Positions 11,017 to 20,427 are shown, numbered from the stretch's first letter. The stretch: DNA of 64,000 nt from an uncultured delta proteobacterium (GCA_963850305.1 CAWKKR010000008.1:1120001-1184000); one strand, 5' to 3'. Notes: generated by a model from the sequence alone, not told the origin. Numbers and translations: made by a program.

Positions 11017-11468
11017 TTGGCCTTCGCGGTCACCTTGGCCGTCGGATCGTCGGGGATCTCCTCGAGCTCGGGTTGCACGAGGAGATTCAGGGACTTCACG
11101 CCCGCCGAGCGCGCCGCGGCGACGACCTTGGCGACCACGCCGTAGCGCGCGTCCTTGTCGGCGCGAATGTAGAGCTCGCTCTCGGTCTGAACGCGTTCGT
11201 TCGTCCGGAGTACGTCTTCGATCGTCTGGGTGACGTCTTTTTCGCCGAAGAGAATCCGCTCGTCCTTCGTGACGGTGACGAGCAGGCGGGCATCTTTCAC
11301 CGGCGTGCTCGCGGCTTTGACTTCGGGCAAATCGATGCGAAGGCCCGCCGTCAGGATCGGCGCGGTGACCATGAACACGATCACGAGGACGAGCATGACG
11401 TCCACGAGCGGCGTCACGTTGATGGTGGCGAAGCCGCCTCGACCGCGCCCGCGGAGCTCGCCCCCCAT
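11013..11468 (-). CDS. tolR: TolR/ExbD
   Basis: INVTPLVDVMLVLVIVFMVTAP; IRADKDARYG. Confidence 0.9.
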   Translation of the reverse strand: MGGELRGRGRGGFATINVTPLVDVMLVLVIVFMVTAPILTAGLRIDLPEVKAASTPVKDARLLVTVTKDERILFGEKDVTQTIEDVLRTNERVQTESELYIRADKDARYGVVAKVVAAARSAGVKSLNLLVQPELEEIPDDPTAKVTAKAK

Positions 11469-11470
11469 GG

Positions 11471-12187
11471 TCAGTAACCGGCGGCGCGCGGGTGATCCGA
11501 GCGGACCAGCGGGACCGCGGCCGTCGAACCGCCCGGGTCGGCCGCCATCGTCTCTACCCAGACCTCGCTCGACGAGGTGAGCTCAGCCAAGAAATCCCCG
11601 ATGCGCTTGTCGACGTAGTTGTAGCCAATGGTCGCGGGGATCGCGGCGACGAGGCCGAACGCGGTCGCGATGAGGGCTTCACCGATGGCCGGTGCCACGA
11701 CGGGCAGCGACGCGCTCTTCTCGAGCCCGATCCGCAAAAAGGCGTTCATGATGCCCCACACCGTCCCGAAGAGCCCGACGAACGGCGACGCGCTCGCGAT
11801 GCTGGCGAGCGTCGGCATGAGCCGCGACGCGCGCTGCTCCTCTTGAACGATCGCGCGGCGCGCGACGGCCTGGAGAAGTTCCGCGCTGAGGTTCCGCTGG
11901 TGATGCCGCTTCGCGAGCTCGATGACGACTCTGCCACCCGGCGACGCCTCGTGCTTCAGCGCGAGCGAGATGAGATCCTGGGCGTTCACTACGGCCTCGG
12001 CTTCGCGCTCGAAGTCCAGGTTGAGCGCGCGCAGGCGCAGCACCTGGAGCGTCTTCAGCAGCCAGATCAGCCAGACCGCGAAGGAGGCGATCATCAGCAG
12101 AAGCAGGACGACGCGCACGATCCCCGACGCGCTCGCCATGAGCGCCAATGGATCGATCTGAAGCGAGGTGCTGGGTGGGCCGTTCAC
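11471..12187 (-). CDS. tolQ: TolQ/ExbB proton channel
   Basis: LASIASASPFVGLFGTVWGIMNAF; VAPAIGEALIATAFGLVAAIPA. Confidence 0.92.
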   Translation of the reverse strand: MNGPPSTSLQIDPLALMASASGIVRVVLLLLMIASFAVWLIWLLKTLQVLRLRALNLDFEREAEAVVNAQDLISLALKHEASPGGRVVIELAKRHHQRNLSAELLQAVARRAIVQEEQRASRLMPTLASIASASPFVGLFGTVWGIMNAFLRIGLEKSASLPVVAPAIGEALIATAFGLVAAIPATIGYNYVDKRIGDFLAELTSSSEVWVETMAADPGGSTAAVPLVRSDHPRAAGY

Positions 12188-12220
12188 CGGATTTCCGTAT
12201 AGCCCGGATGGGCGCCGAGG

Positions 12221-12757
12221 TCAGGTCCCGAGCACGACATCCACGCGGCGATCCTTCGCCCAGCCCGCTTCATCCGTGCCGGTTGCGTCCATTGCTCCAC
12301 GGGACGTGGTAGCGGCCTGGCTCGCTGGGAGGCCCACGCCGACGAGGGCGCGCTTGACGTTGTCCGCGCGCTTCCCACCCAGGACCATGTTGTATTCCTC
12401 CTCGCCGCGAGGATCGGCGTGGCCGACGAGGTTCATGTTGCGGCCCTTGAGGGGGCCCGTCGTGAAGCACGCGGCCAGCTTGACGAGCACATTGTGAGCC
12501 GCGGCCTCGACGTGCGCCGAGTCGAAGGCGAAGTACGCCTCGGCATCGGTGATGCCGCAGGCGCGGCGGATCTCGTCGGAAATGTTGATCTGACTCTGAG
12601 TGGGGTTGTCGTCGGGCTTCTCGGGGGGTGCCGGCGTCGCCGCTACTGGCGGGGGCTCGGTGCCGCCCGAAGGCGCCACCGGCGGCGGCTTGGCCTCCGA
12701 ACCGCAAGCCGCGACGCTGAACGCAAGAACAACCCCAAGGTGCTTCATCATCGACAT
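12221..12757 (-). CDS. pal: Pal/OmpA-family peptidoglycan-associated lipoprotein
   Basis: Lipobox VAAC, YFAFDS, GHADPRGEEEYNMVLGGKRA, DRRVD. Confidence 0.85.
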   Translation of the reverse strand: MSMMKHLGVVLAFSVAACGSEAKPPPVAPSGGTEPPPVAATPAPPEKPDDNPTQSQINISDEIRRACGITDAEAYFAFDSAHVEAAAHNVLVKLAACFTTGPLKGRNMNLVGHADPRGEEEYNMVLGGKRADNVKRALVGVGLPASQAATTSRGAMDATGTDEAGWAKDRRVDVVLGT

Positions 12758-12986
12758 CTTCGAGACCTCCGATCGAGTCGTTTGACTTCAAACGGACTCG
12801 CGCTCGCCTTCGGTAACCAGCGGGTCATACCGTGAATCCAACGCTGCCGTAGATAGCTTTTTTTTCGACTGTCCGGGGGGCTGTTCCGCGGCCCTCCGAC
12901 GAGACGCCAACGAGGGGCGACGGCCTGATATTCCCCGGTCCGGCAATTTGGCGGTCTCGATCCGAGCGGGCGTCTCCTCTGCCCGA

Positions 12987-13310
12987 TCACCGTCCAAGGA
13001 GGTAGAGCAATGCGGCGGAGCCCAGCGCAAAGAGGAGAATGGCGAAGACCCGCAGGAGGGTCGTGGCGCGGGAACGCTCGGGGACGCGCTCGAGCTCGAG
13101 GCTGGCCATCGCGAGCGTCGCGATTCCCTGAAGTCGCCTCTGAGCAATCGGTCCGCGCGTGTGGTCGCCGGCCATCCCGCGGTAACGCACGGCAGCTTCG
13201 AGAAGCTGATTCTTGGAGCGGCAATATTCTATGAACGCACCGTGTCTCTCGTCGTCGTCCCAGGCGTCGATGACCTTCTTCCAGAGGGCTTCGAGCACGG
13301 GGTCCGTCAT
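12987..13310 (-). CDS. Hypothetical small protein with C-terminal TM helix
   Basis: MTDPVLEALWKKVIDAWDDDERH...; ATG overlaps the upstream stop. Confidence 0.75.
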   Translation of the reverse strand: MTDPVLEALWKKVIDAWDDDERHGAFIEYCRSKNQLLEAAVRYRGMAGDHTRGPIAQRRLQGIATLAMASLELERVPERSRATTLLRVFAILLFALGSAALLYLLGR

Positions 13311-13762
13311 CGGACGTCGGTGAGGCCCAGTTCCCGCATCAGCCGACGCGTGACCTCGAAGTACTCTGCGCGCTCGTACGGTTCGTTGAGGATGTGAAAG
13401 TCCTTGCCCGAGAGCCCCGCGCAGCCGAACGAATAAGTACAATCCGCAAGAGCGACGCAGCGCACGAGGTACGAACTACGGAGCGAGCTCTCCGTGCTGA
13501 TGCAATGCGAGCACGCGACGAGGGAGCGACACCCGCGGCAATGCGAACAGTCGTCGCACTGGGAGCACGCAACGCAATAGTGACAGCGGGAGAGACGCTC
13601 GGACTCGTGACAGAACGTGCAATCCGCGCACGAGCGGCATCCTACGCAGAGCACCGATCCGGTGTTTTCTGCTGCCGCCGCAGCAGCCACGAGGTCGCGG
13701 AACCGCTTCTCGAATCGCGCGGCGTCGAGGACGGCAGGATCGAGGCGCGGGAAGCGATTCAC
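13307..13762 (-). CDS. Cys-rich repeat protein (caib/baif-annotated type)
   Basis: Serial CxxC repeats ending FGCAGLSGKDFHILNEPY. Confidence 0.75.
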   Translation of the reverse strand: MNRFPRLDPAVLDAARFEKRFRDLVAAAAAAENTGSVLCVGCRSCADCTFCHESERLSRCHYCVACSQCDDCSHCRGCRSLVACSHCISTESSLRSSYLVRCVALADCTYSFGCAGLSGKDFHILNEPYERAEYFEVTRRLMRELGLTDVR

Positions 13763-14364
13763 GTCCGGATCGCGCGCCGGAGTCGTTCCGCCAGGTCGCG
13801 CGTCGGGGCCTCGTCCGCGTGTTCCTCCAAGCGTCGGAGACGCTGGTCGAGAACGGGCTTTTTGATGGGTTCAGCGTCCTCGAGCAACTGGGACATCGCA
13901 ACCAGGCTCTCCCGCGCCCGCGCCTCGTCGAAGTGTTCGAGCAGTTGCAGATGGACTTCCTGCTCGTGGGGAAGCTCGAATCCGTTCCGCAGAAATTCGT
14001 CCGCGGCGCGCGAGATCGCGCCGCGACCCTGGCTCGCCATCAGCCGACCGAGGAGCTTCCGGCGTTCACGCTCGCGGTCGTCGGCCTCGCCGCCGCCGAT
14101 CTGGATGATACGCGCCGTTCTCCGCTGTGGCTCGGGAGCCGCGACGACCGAGGACGCCACGGCGGGCTCCTCGACGCGAGCGGCGGATTCCGCCGTGCGA
14201 CGCGGGGTCGCGGACGCGGCGATGCTCCGCGGAGGTTTCTTCACGATCACCGGCGAGTCCGGACGCCGTGCGGCGATCCGGACCGGCTCGGGTCGTTCGG
14301 CGCGTTCGGCCTTTGGTTTTCGTCGGCTCTTTTCCCAGCTGGATCTCTGACGTTGTCCGTCCAT
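13759..14364 (-). CDS. Hypothetical protein
   Basis: Disordered N-terminus and helical C-terminal domain; stop overlaps the next start; start uncertain. Confidence 0.7.
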   Translation of the reverse strand: MDGQRQRSSWEKSRRKPKAERAERPEPVRIAARRPDSPVIVKKPPRSIAASATPRRTAESAARVEEPAVASSVVAAPEPQRRTARIIQIGGGEADDRERERRKLLGRLMASQGRGAISRAADEFLRNGFELPHEQEVHLQLLEHFDEARARESLVAMSQLLEDAEPIKKPVLDQRLRRLEEHADEAPTRDLAERLRRAIRT

Positions 14365-14671
14365 GTCGCTCTCACTTGGCCCGTTGCCGTGCCATTTGCC
14401 GCCCGGTCCGATGCAAGGGGTCCGGCTGCGGTTCTGCGGGGCTCTGTGCCCGCTTCCTCGAGATCGGGCCGCCGCGCGCTCCCGCGGTTGCCCCTCACCT
14501 TGCCCGTCCCGGCTCTGCCCCCGGCCGTCCGAGAGGCTCAACCGACACCGAAATCTGGCAAGTCGCGCGCCGAAAGCCGACCGCGCCTTTTGCGCATACC
14601 ACGGCGGCCGCCTTTCGACTTACCAAAAAAACCCCGGCCGTTTGGGGTTCTCGGGTACCTTCGAAACCTCC

Positions 14672-15592
14672 ATGGAGCACGGGCAGAGGTTCTGGCAGGA
14701 CGGGCAGGTCCTCGAGTGGGACGCCGCCGGAAAGGTCTCGCTCCTCACGCACACGCTGCACTACGGCCTGGGGGCATTCGAAGGAATTCGCGCGTATAGA
14801 CGGTCGCACGGCGAGAGCGTCATTTTCCGGCTGACCGAGCACGTGATCCGGTTATTCGAGTCCTGCCGCCTGGTCTTCATCACGCCGCGCGTCACTCGTG
14901 CGGAGCTGGAAGCAGGATGCGCAGCGGTTCTTCGCGAGAATGCACTCGCCGAGGCTTACATACGCCCGATCGTCTTTCTCGGCGAGGGATCGATGGGACT
15001 TCTGCCGAGGGACAATCCGGCAGTCACCGCAATCATGGCGTGGACCTGGGGCGCGTACCTCGGGGCGAAGGGGCTCGACGAAGGGATTCGGTGCAAGGTC
15101 TCGAGCTTCGCGCGCGGCGCGGTGAACGCCGGGCTCCCCCGCGGAAAGATCGTCGGGCAATACGTGAACTCGACGCTCGCGAAGCAGGAAGCGACGCTCG
15201 CAGGATACGACGAAGCGTTGCTCCTCGACGCGAGCGGCTACGTCAGCGAAGGTTCCGGGGAAAATATCTTCATCGTGCGGAACGGGAGGCTCGCGACGCC
15301 GCCCCTGTCGTCGTCGATCCTCGCAGGCATCACCCGCGACACGGTAATCACTCTTGCCAAAGAGGAGGGCCTGGTCGTCGTGGAAGAGCAGTTGACACGC
15401 GACGCGGTCTACCTGGCGGAAGAGGTTTTCTTGACGGGCACGGCGGCCGAGATCACGCCGGTGCGCGAGATCGACAATCGCGCAATCGGCGCCGGGACGG
15501 CAGGTCCGGTGACGAAAACGTTGCAGCGGCGTTACTTCGACATCGCGCGCGGCTCCGACGATTCGCATCCCGAGTGGCTCACCCGCGTATGA
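14672..15592 (+). CDS. ilvE: Branched-chain amino acid aminotransferase
   Basis: HTLHYGLGAFEGIRAY, YIRP, KIVGQYVNS, EGSGENIF, ILAGITRD, FLTGTAAEITP. Confidence 0.95.
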   Translation: MEHGQRFWQDGQVLEWDAAGKVSLLTHTLHYGLGAFEGIRAYRRSHGESVIFRLTEHVIRLFESCRLVFITPRVTRAELEAGCAAVLRENALAEAYIRPIVFLGEGSMGLLPRDNPAVTAIMAWTWGAYLGAKGLDEGIRCKVSSFARGAVNAGLPRGKIVGQYVNSTLAKQEATLAGYDEALLLDASGYVSEGSGENIFIVRNGRLATPPLSSSILAGITRDTVITLAKEEGLVVVEEQLTRDAVYLAEEVFLTGTAAEITPVREIDNRAIGAGTAGPVTKTLQRRYFDIARGSDDSHPEWLTRV

Positions 15593-16215
15593 ACGTCGCG
15601 TGGAGGTGCGCGCTCGCGCTGTCGATGGCGCTGTCGTGCTGCACGTCGCCGTCGCCACCGCCGTCCCGTGTAACGCCCGCAGCGCCCACGGACGCTCCAC
15701 TGCCGAACTCTGGCTGGAGCTCCCTGGTGTCACGGCACTTCATGGTCGAGTTGCCCATCCCGGACGCCGAGCACTGGAGCGTCGATGACCACTCGGACCG
15801 CTGGCTCGTCGCGCAGCACGCACCCTCGAAGTCCATGCTCTGGGTACGCGAATGGCACGAAGGCTCGGTCGTCACGCACGCCCAGTGCGAAGCCGAAGCG
15901 CGACTCTTGCGCCCGGACCTTCTCGGTCGAGACGAGTCGGCGCTCGTCGACCGGCGTGTGCTCGGTGCTCCGCCGGACTTCGATACCGAGGTCGGCTTTT
16001 CCGTTCGCCGCGCGAAGAGCGCGCTCGGCGGCGTTGCAGTCGCGATCGGCGCGAACCTGAGGACGTGCCTCGTGATGGCCTACGCGACCCGAGCGGACGG
16101 GCCGAATGCTCCGGCAATCATCGGTCAGCGGCTGGCGCTCGTCGCGGAACGCGTCTTCGGTCGAGCCGCGACTCGAACCATCGAGGATCGCGTCGCGCCG
16201 GAAGAATCGCGTTAG
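15589..16215 (+). CDS. Hypothetical lipoprotein
   Basis: MNVAWRCALALSMALSCC; ATG overlaps the ilvE stop. Confidence 0.7.
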   Translation: MNVAWRCALALSMALSCCTSPSPPPSRVTPAAPTDAPLPNSGWSSLVSRHFMVELPIPDAEHWSVDDHSDRWLVAQHAPSKSMLWVREWHEGSVVTHAQCEAEARLLRPDLLGRDESALVDRRVLGAPPDFDTEVGFSVRRAKSALGGVAVAIGANLRTCLVMAYATRADGPNAPAIIGQRLALVAERVFGRAATRTIEDRVAPEESR

Positions 16216-16278
16216 CAGCTTCTGGCCCACCGGATGAACACGGGTGTCTCCTCGCCCTTTCTCGGGCACGGGCGCTGC

Positions 16279-17100
16279 TCAGAATCCGAGACCCACGACG
16301 CTGCGAATCCAGATCTTTCCGAAGCTGTCCCCCGAAAGTGGATCCAGGTCGTGATTCCAGTCGGTCAAGCGCACGTAGACCCCGTTCGTCCACCATAGCG
16401 CGCCAAACTGCAGCAAGAGAGCCGGGCCGAGGTATTGATGCGGTCCAAGCTCGAAGGGGCGCGGCGACGTCGCGTTCTCTTCCTGGTATTCGCCGTACAT
16501 CCACCACTCGATGCCGGGTTGTACGGACGGCGTCGCCTCGAAGGTGAGCCCCGCCGACGGGTTCAAGACGAGGTCGTGTCTTCCGTCGAAGTAGAACTCC
16601 TCTTCCGCGGTGGCGTTCGCGATGACGCGCATGATGCCGAAGCGCCGCTGCAAGATCGCCTTCGCCTCGAGCTCGATCTCGCGTTCGTTTTCGCTGACCT
16701 CGCCGTAGAGCGCGACGTCGATCGGCCAGGCGCCCGTGTCCGCGAGCTTGTACCGGAGACGCTGCTTCATGCCGTTGCCTTCGACGGCAAGCGGGACCTC
16801 CTCGAAATCGGACGGCGCCGCGGGCGCGTACGTGACGTAAAGCCCGAGTTCGAGACGATCGGTCAGCCCATGTTCGAACTCGGTTTGAAACTGAAGCAGG
16901 CCGTACGTGACGGTGCCCTGCGTCCCTGAAAGGGCATGGACCGGCGTGTAGTCGACGTATTGCTCGATCTCCGTCGAGCCCTCGCCCAGCTGCTCGTGCG
17001 GGTAAGAAAACGGTAAGGGCCGGGGATTTGCGAACGCCGATCTCGCGCATAGGGCGGCTGCCGCCGTCGCCATCGCCGCATTGAAAGCCAGTCGAGGCAC
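16279..17100 (-). CDS. Probable outer-membrane beta-barrel protein
   Basis: Signal peptide ending AFA, alternating beta-strand pattern, TEFEHGLTDRLELGLY, C-terminal Phe (VVGLGF). Confidence 0.75.
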   Translation of the reverse strand: MPRLAFNAAMATAAAALCARSAFANPRPLPFSYPHEQLGEGSTEIEQYVDYTPVHALSGTQGTVTYGLLQFQTEFEHGLTDRLELGLYVTYAPAAPSDFEEVPLAVEGNGMKQRLRYKLADTGAWPIDVALYGEVSENEREIELEAKAILQRRFGIMRVIANATAEEEFYFDGRHDLVLNPSAGLTFEATPSVQPGIEWWMYGEYQEENATSPRPFELGPHQYLGPALLLQFGALWWTNGVYVRLTDWNHDLDPLSGDSFGKIWIRSVVGLGF

Positions 17101-17130
17101 TTTCGGTTCCTTTGTTCGCGCGGGACCGTA

Positions 17131-17153
17131 TTGAAAATGAAATTCATTTGCAA
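17131..17153. promoter_or_regulatory. Fur-box-like palindrome
   Basis: ttgaaaatgaaattcatttgcaa; core 17133-17151 matches GATAATGATAATCATTATC at 14/19; AT-rich in a GC-rich context, 30 bp upstream of the beta-barrel gene. Confidence 0.7.
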
Positions 17154-17421
17154 CACCTTTCTCGAGCAGGGAACCGTCATCACGAGAGGCAGCCGGGAAT
17201 GCGGCCGCTGAATGCTAGGACCAGAAGCCGCTTGTCGAGTCATGCGCAGTACCCGTTCGGGTACCCCGAGACATACCTATGGGACCCACATATGGACGAC
17301 GGTCGATCGCAAGTGTGGGTCGGCGACTGATTCGCATGGTGGCGCGTGAGAAGAAGCGTCAGAAGAATTGTGGAACATGACTTTCGAAATCGGGTAAGGA
17401 CCTCCGAACGAGGGAGTCGAA

Positions 17422-17853
17422 ATGGCGACGGCGCGACCGAGCGACGGAGCGGCGACGGATGAAGCGCTTCACTGCGCCGACTCCGAGCGAGAAACACGTG
17501 CGAGCGGCTTTCAGAGGCGCTCGGCGACGCGCGAGGACCCACGGGCAGCATCGGAAGAGCCCACCTCGAAAACGAAGTGGACGGTCGTGCAGGCCTTCGT
17601 GCGCGGCGACTTTCACTATCAGTTGCGCCGTCGGCCGGCACATCATACCCAGCCGCGATTGACCCAACGCGAGGAGCAGGTGCTGGCTCTCGCCCGTGAT
17701 GGCCACTCGAACAAGAGCATTGCGTACGCGCTCGGCCTCTCCCCATCCACGGTGGGCGTGTTGTTGTTTCGCGCCGCCGCCAAGATGGGCGCAAGATCGC
17801 GACGCGAACTGCTCCTGGCGTACGCCCGGTCGAAGCAGTCAATCGGGCGCTAG
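17422..17853 (+). CDS. LuxR/GerE-type HTH transcriptional regulator with a short N-terminal region
   Basis: LTQREEQVLALARDGHSNKSIAYALGLSPSTV...KMGARSR. Confidence 0.88.
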   Translation: MATARPSDGAATDEALHCADSERETRASGFQRRSATREDPRAASEEPTSKTKWTVVQAFVRGDFHYQLRRRPAHHTQPRLTQREEQVLALARDGHSNKSIAYALGLSPSTVGVLLFRAAAKMGARSRRELLLAYARSKQSIGR

Positions 17854-18026
17854 TGCTGCGGCCGCTGGTCTCCATGCGCGTGAATCGCCGCGACCGACGG
17901 GGCCAACCGATGACCACCGGCGCAGGCGTTCGCAGTGGAGATCGGCAAAAGCCGGTCAAGTCCACTGCCGAATTTCGAGGAACTTTTCCGAGCGAGCACC
18001 GTCGAGGATCTGGCAAACCAAAGCGC

Positions 18027-18161
18027 ATTTACATCGCGGGTCGTAAACTTTCCATCGCGGGTCGTCGGCGTCGGACTCGACGTTTCTCCGTCGCTTCGCG
18101 AAACTCACGGAAGTGACCTTCGATGTGGCCGGATCACATATTTACGGGTCACCTCGTAAAC
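18027..18161. promoter_or_regulatory. Two copies of an inverted-repeat motif ATTTAC-N10-GTAAAC
   Basis: atttacatcgcgggtcgtaaac (18027-18048) and atttacgggtcacctcgtaaac (18140-18161). Confidence 0.5.
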
Positions 18162-18318
18162 GCGTAAAATCTTGCAAATGCAGCCGCGTTCGATGACTCT
18201 TCATCTCACAATAGAGATGTGGGCCGGTGGCGCAGACCACCGCAGGGGATTGCGCCGTCCCAATCCGAAGACTCAGGCGCAGAGGTTCGTGATCCTCGAT
18301 CGCGGGAGGAGATTCCCC

Positions 18319-19344
18319 TTGGAAGATGAGAGGCTTTCTGGTGTCGCACCGCCATCGGTGATTCCTCGCAGTGACGTTCCCATTTCATCGGCGCCCGGCG
18401 ATGCCGACATGGAGGTCCGACCGTTCGTCGCCCACGGGCTCCTGCGCGCCTCCGTTCCGGAGACGATCGGGCTTGCCTGGACCCACGCCAAACCAGGACG
18501 CGACGTCGCCTTGCGCTCGCATCCCATACCGGGGTTGCTCGTCATCCTGCAGGGACGGGCCGAGCTGACCGGGCGGACGCGACGCTTCGTCGAGCAAGGC
18601 GATGTGGTGACCTTACCGAGTCATCACGAGTACGGCTTCGCTTCAGTGGGTCATGCCGGTCTAACTGCGCTGCACGTGGCGTTCCGTAAGGACCCCGAAT
18701 ACCGGACCGACGAAATCCTCAGTCTCGAACATCTGCTCGCACGCAACGAAGTTCGGGCGCAGCTTTCCATCGAAGGTCCCGCCTTTCAACTGCTCAGAAA
18801 CGGCGCTCTCGATGGAGTGAGAAGTCGCGCCCGATTCATCGACTCGATCCGCGTCTTCTCCGACGCCTTTCAGACGATTCTGCTGACGCGTCAGGCAACT
18901 TGCTTCGACGAAGCATACATCCGGACGTTTCACGAACACTTCACCGAGGAGCTCGGACATAACGAGCTTCTCACCGTAACCGAAAATCGGAAGGCTCCGT
19001 CCGACCCAGTCCTTCGCGCGACCTCGCTATGGTTTTGCCACCAGATGCTGGTGCTCGACAACATCGGTAAAGCCGCCCTCGTGCACCTCGTGCTGGAGAC
19101 GGCCGGCCACTACTTTCATACCCTCGCCGAACCCGTTCTCTCCGCAGACGTGAACGCGGGTTACTTTCACGTCCACGCCGAAGCCGACGACGATCACAAG
19201 GACGTCGCCATCGAGTTGCTCGAAGGGCAGCACCCGCACACCTATAGACGCTTGCACCGGATCATCGAGGACGGCTGGGACGTTTTCGACACGATGATGG
19301 CGCGCGTCGCGCACCTGGTCGACCTCGAGACCTCGAGTTCCTGA
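18319..19344 (+). CDS. Cupin (degenerate) + heme-oxygenase-like diiron (HDO/TenA-PqqC fold) fusion protein
   Basis: TTG 18319 follows GGAGGAG; cupin-like GDVVTLP; HDO ligand motifs HFTEELGH, LVLETAG, YFHVHAEADDDH. Confidence 0.75.
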   Translation: MEDERLSGVAPPSVIPRSDVPISSAPGDADMEVRPFVAHGLLRASVPETIGLAWTHAKPGRDVALRSHPIPGLLVILQGRAELTGRTRRFVEQGDVVTLPSHHEYGFASVGHAGLTALHVAFRKDPEYRTDEILSLEHLLARNEVRAQLSIEGPAFQLLRNGALDGVRSRARFIDSIRVFSDAFQTILLTRQATCFDEAYIRTFHEHFTEELGHNELLTVTENRKAPSDPVLRATSLWFCHQMLVLDNIGKAALVHLVLETAGHYFHTLAEPVLSADVNAGYFHVHAEADDDHKDVAIELLEGQHPHTYRRLHRIIEDGWDVFDTMMARVAHLVDLETSSS

Positions 19345-19377
19345 CACGCGCCAGCGAACGGAGAAGAAGGTGAAGCC

Positions 19378-20394
19378 ATGGAAGGTCAAATTCAGGTCGT
19401 AAAGAGAGAGACGATCCCGCCGATTCGCTCGGTCGATCAGCAAGGACACGTCCACGGGTTGGGCGAGCTGCGGGATTTCCGGTGGAGCGCCGAGCTCCGA
19501 CAGTTCATGCCCGACGCGTCCGAGTTTTCGGTCAGCTGGGTGCGGCTCGAACACGAGGAAGTTCTTCATCCGCACACGCATCCCATTCAATCGATGCTCG
19601 TCGTTTACGCCGGCTCCGGACGCATGCTCGGCGACCTGTGCCAGCCCATCTCCGAAGGTGACGTGATTGTCGTCCCTCCGGGTCGGATGCACGGATTCGT
19701 CGGCGGCCTTGAAGGGCTTCATGCACTCTCCATCCAATTCGGCGAGGGTCTCTATACGACCCCCGAGAAACCGCGCGTCATCTTCACGGACGCCAACGGG
19801 TCCCTGAGTGCCCTCCTCCTCTACAGCGAAAAGCGGCAGCAAGAATTCTCCCGATCGTCACTCTTCGAAATGCTCGAGGATGGGACGCTCCGCCAACCGT
19901 CCAGGCGGGCGATGTTCGTCGAGTGCGTCCGAATCTGGGACGCCGAGAGGAACAAGCTGTTGATGTGCCGGCAGGCGACCACGATGGATCCGACCTACGA
20001 GCGGGCCTTCCTTGCCGATCTTCGGAGCAAGCTCGGTGACCGTGCAGACCTCGGCGAGGCCGTCGACGTGCGGGATGCGACCCTCCAGTCGCTCGCGAGC
20101 TGGTTCTCTTACCAAATGTACGTGCTCGACAACGTCGAGAAAGCAGCGCTGGTCCACCTCGTGGTGGAAAAGGCGGCCGCGGTACTGGATGAGGCCACCG
20201 AGCGCGCCCTCGGCGACGTGTCGTGTCGCCCCGCGTCTCGAAGCTCCTCGCCTAGTGACGGTCGTGACCTCGAGCTTCTCCGAAACGAGACCGACGCCAC
20301 CTACACGCGGCTCCGGCGCCTCGTGAGTGAAGCTTGGGACATGGTGTTCGCCTTGACGGAACGCATCGTCGACCGGACGCGTGCGGCGTACTGA
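19378..20394 (+). CDS. Cupin (intact His motifs) + degenerate HDO-like domain; paralog of the upstream gene
   Basis: HPHTHP...GDVIVVPPGRMHGF; shares RQAT, WF..QM.VLDN..KAALVHLV.E and TY.RL.R....WD with 18319..19344. Confidence 0.78.
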   Translation: MEGQIQVVKRETIPPIRSVDQQGHVHGLGELRDFRWSAELRQFMPDASEFSVSWVRLEHEEVLHPHTHPIQSMLVVYAGSGRMLGDLCQPISEGDVIVVPPGRMHGFVGGLEGLHALSIQFGEGLYTTPEKPRVIFTDANGSLSALLLYSEKRQQEFSRSSLFEMLEDGTLRQPSRRAMFVECVRIWDAERNKLLMCRQATTMDPTYERAFLADLRSKLGDRADLGEAVDVRDATLQSLASWFSYQMYVLDNVEKAALVHLVVEKAAAVLDEATERALGDVSCRPASRSSSPSDGRDLELLRNETDATYTRLRRLVSEAWDMVFALTERIVDRTRAAY

Positions 20395-20427
20395 AGGTCG
20401 GCGGTTTCCGACACGGAGTACCCCCAG

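Noticed and set aside
18172..18318. Extended N-terminus of the first cupin-HDO ORF
   Set aside because: A strong RBS before TTG 18319 and alignment with the paralog favour the later start
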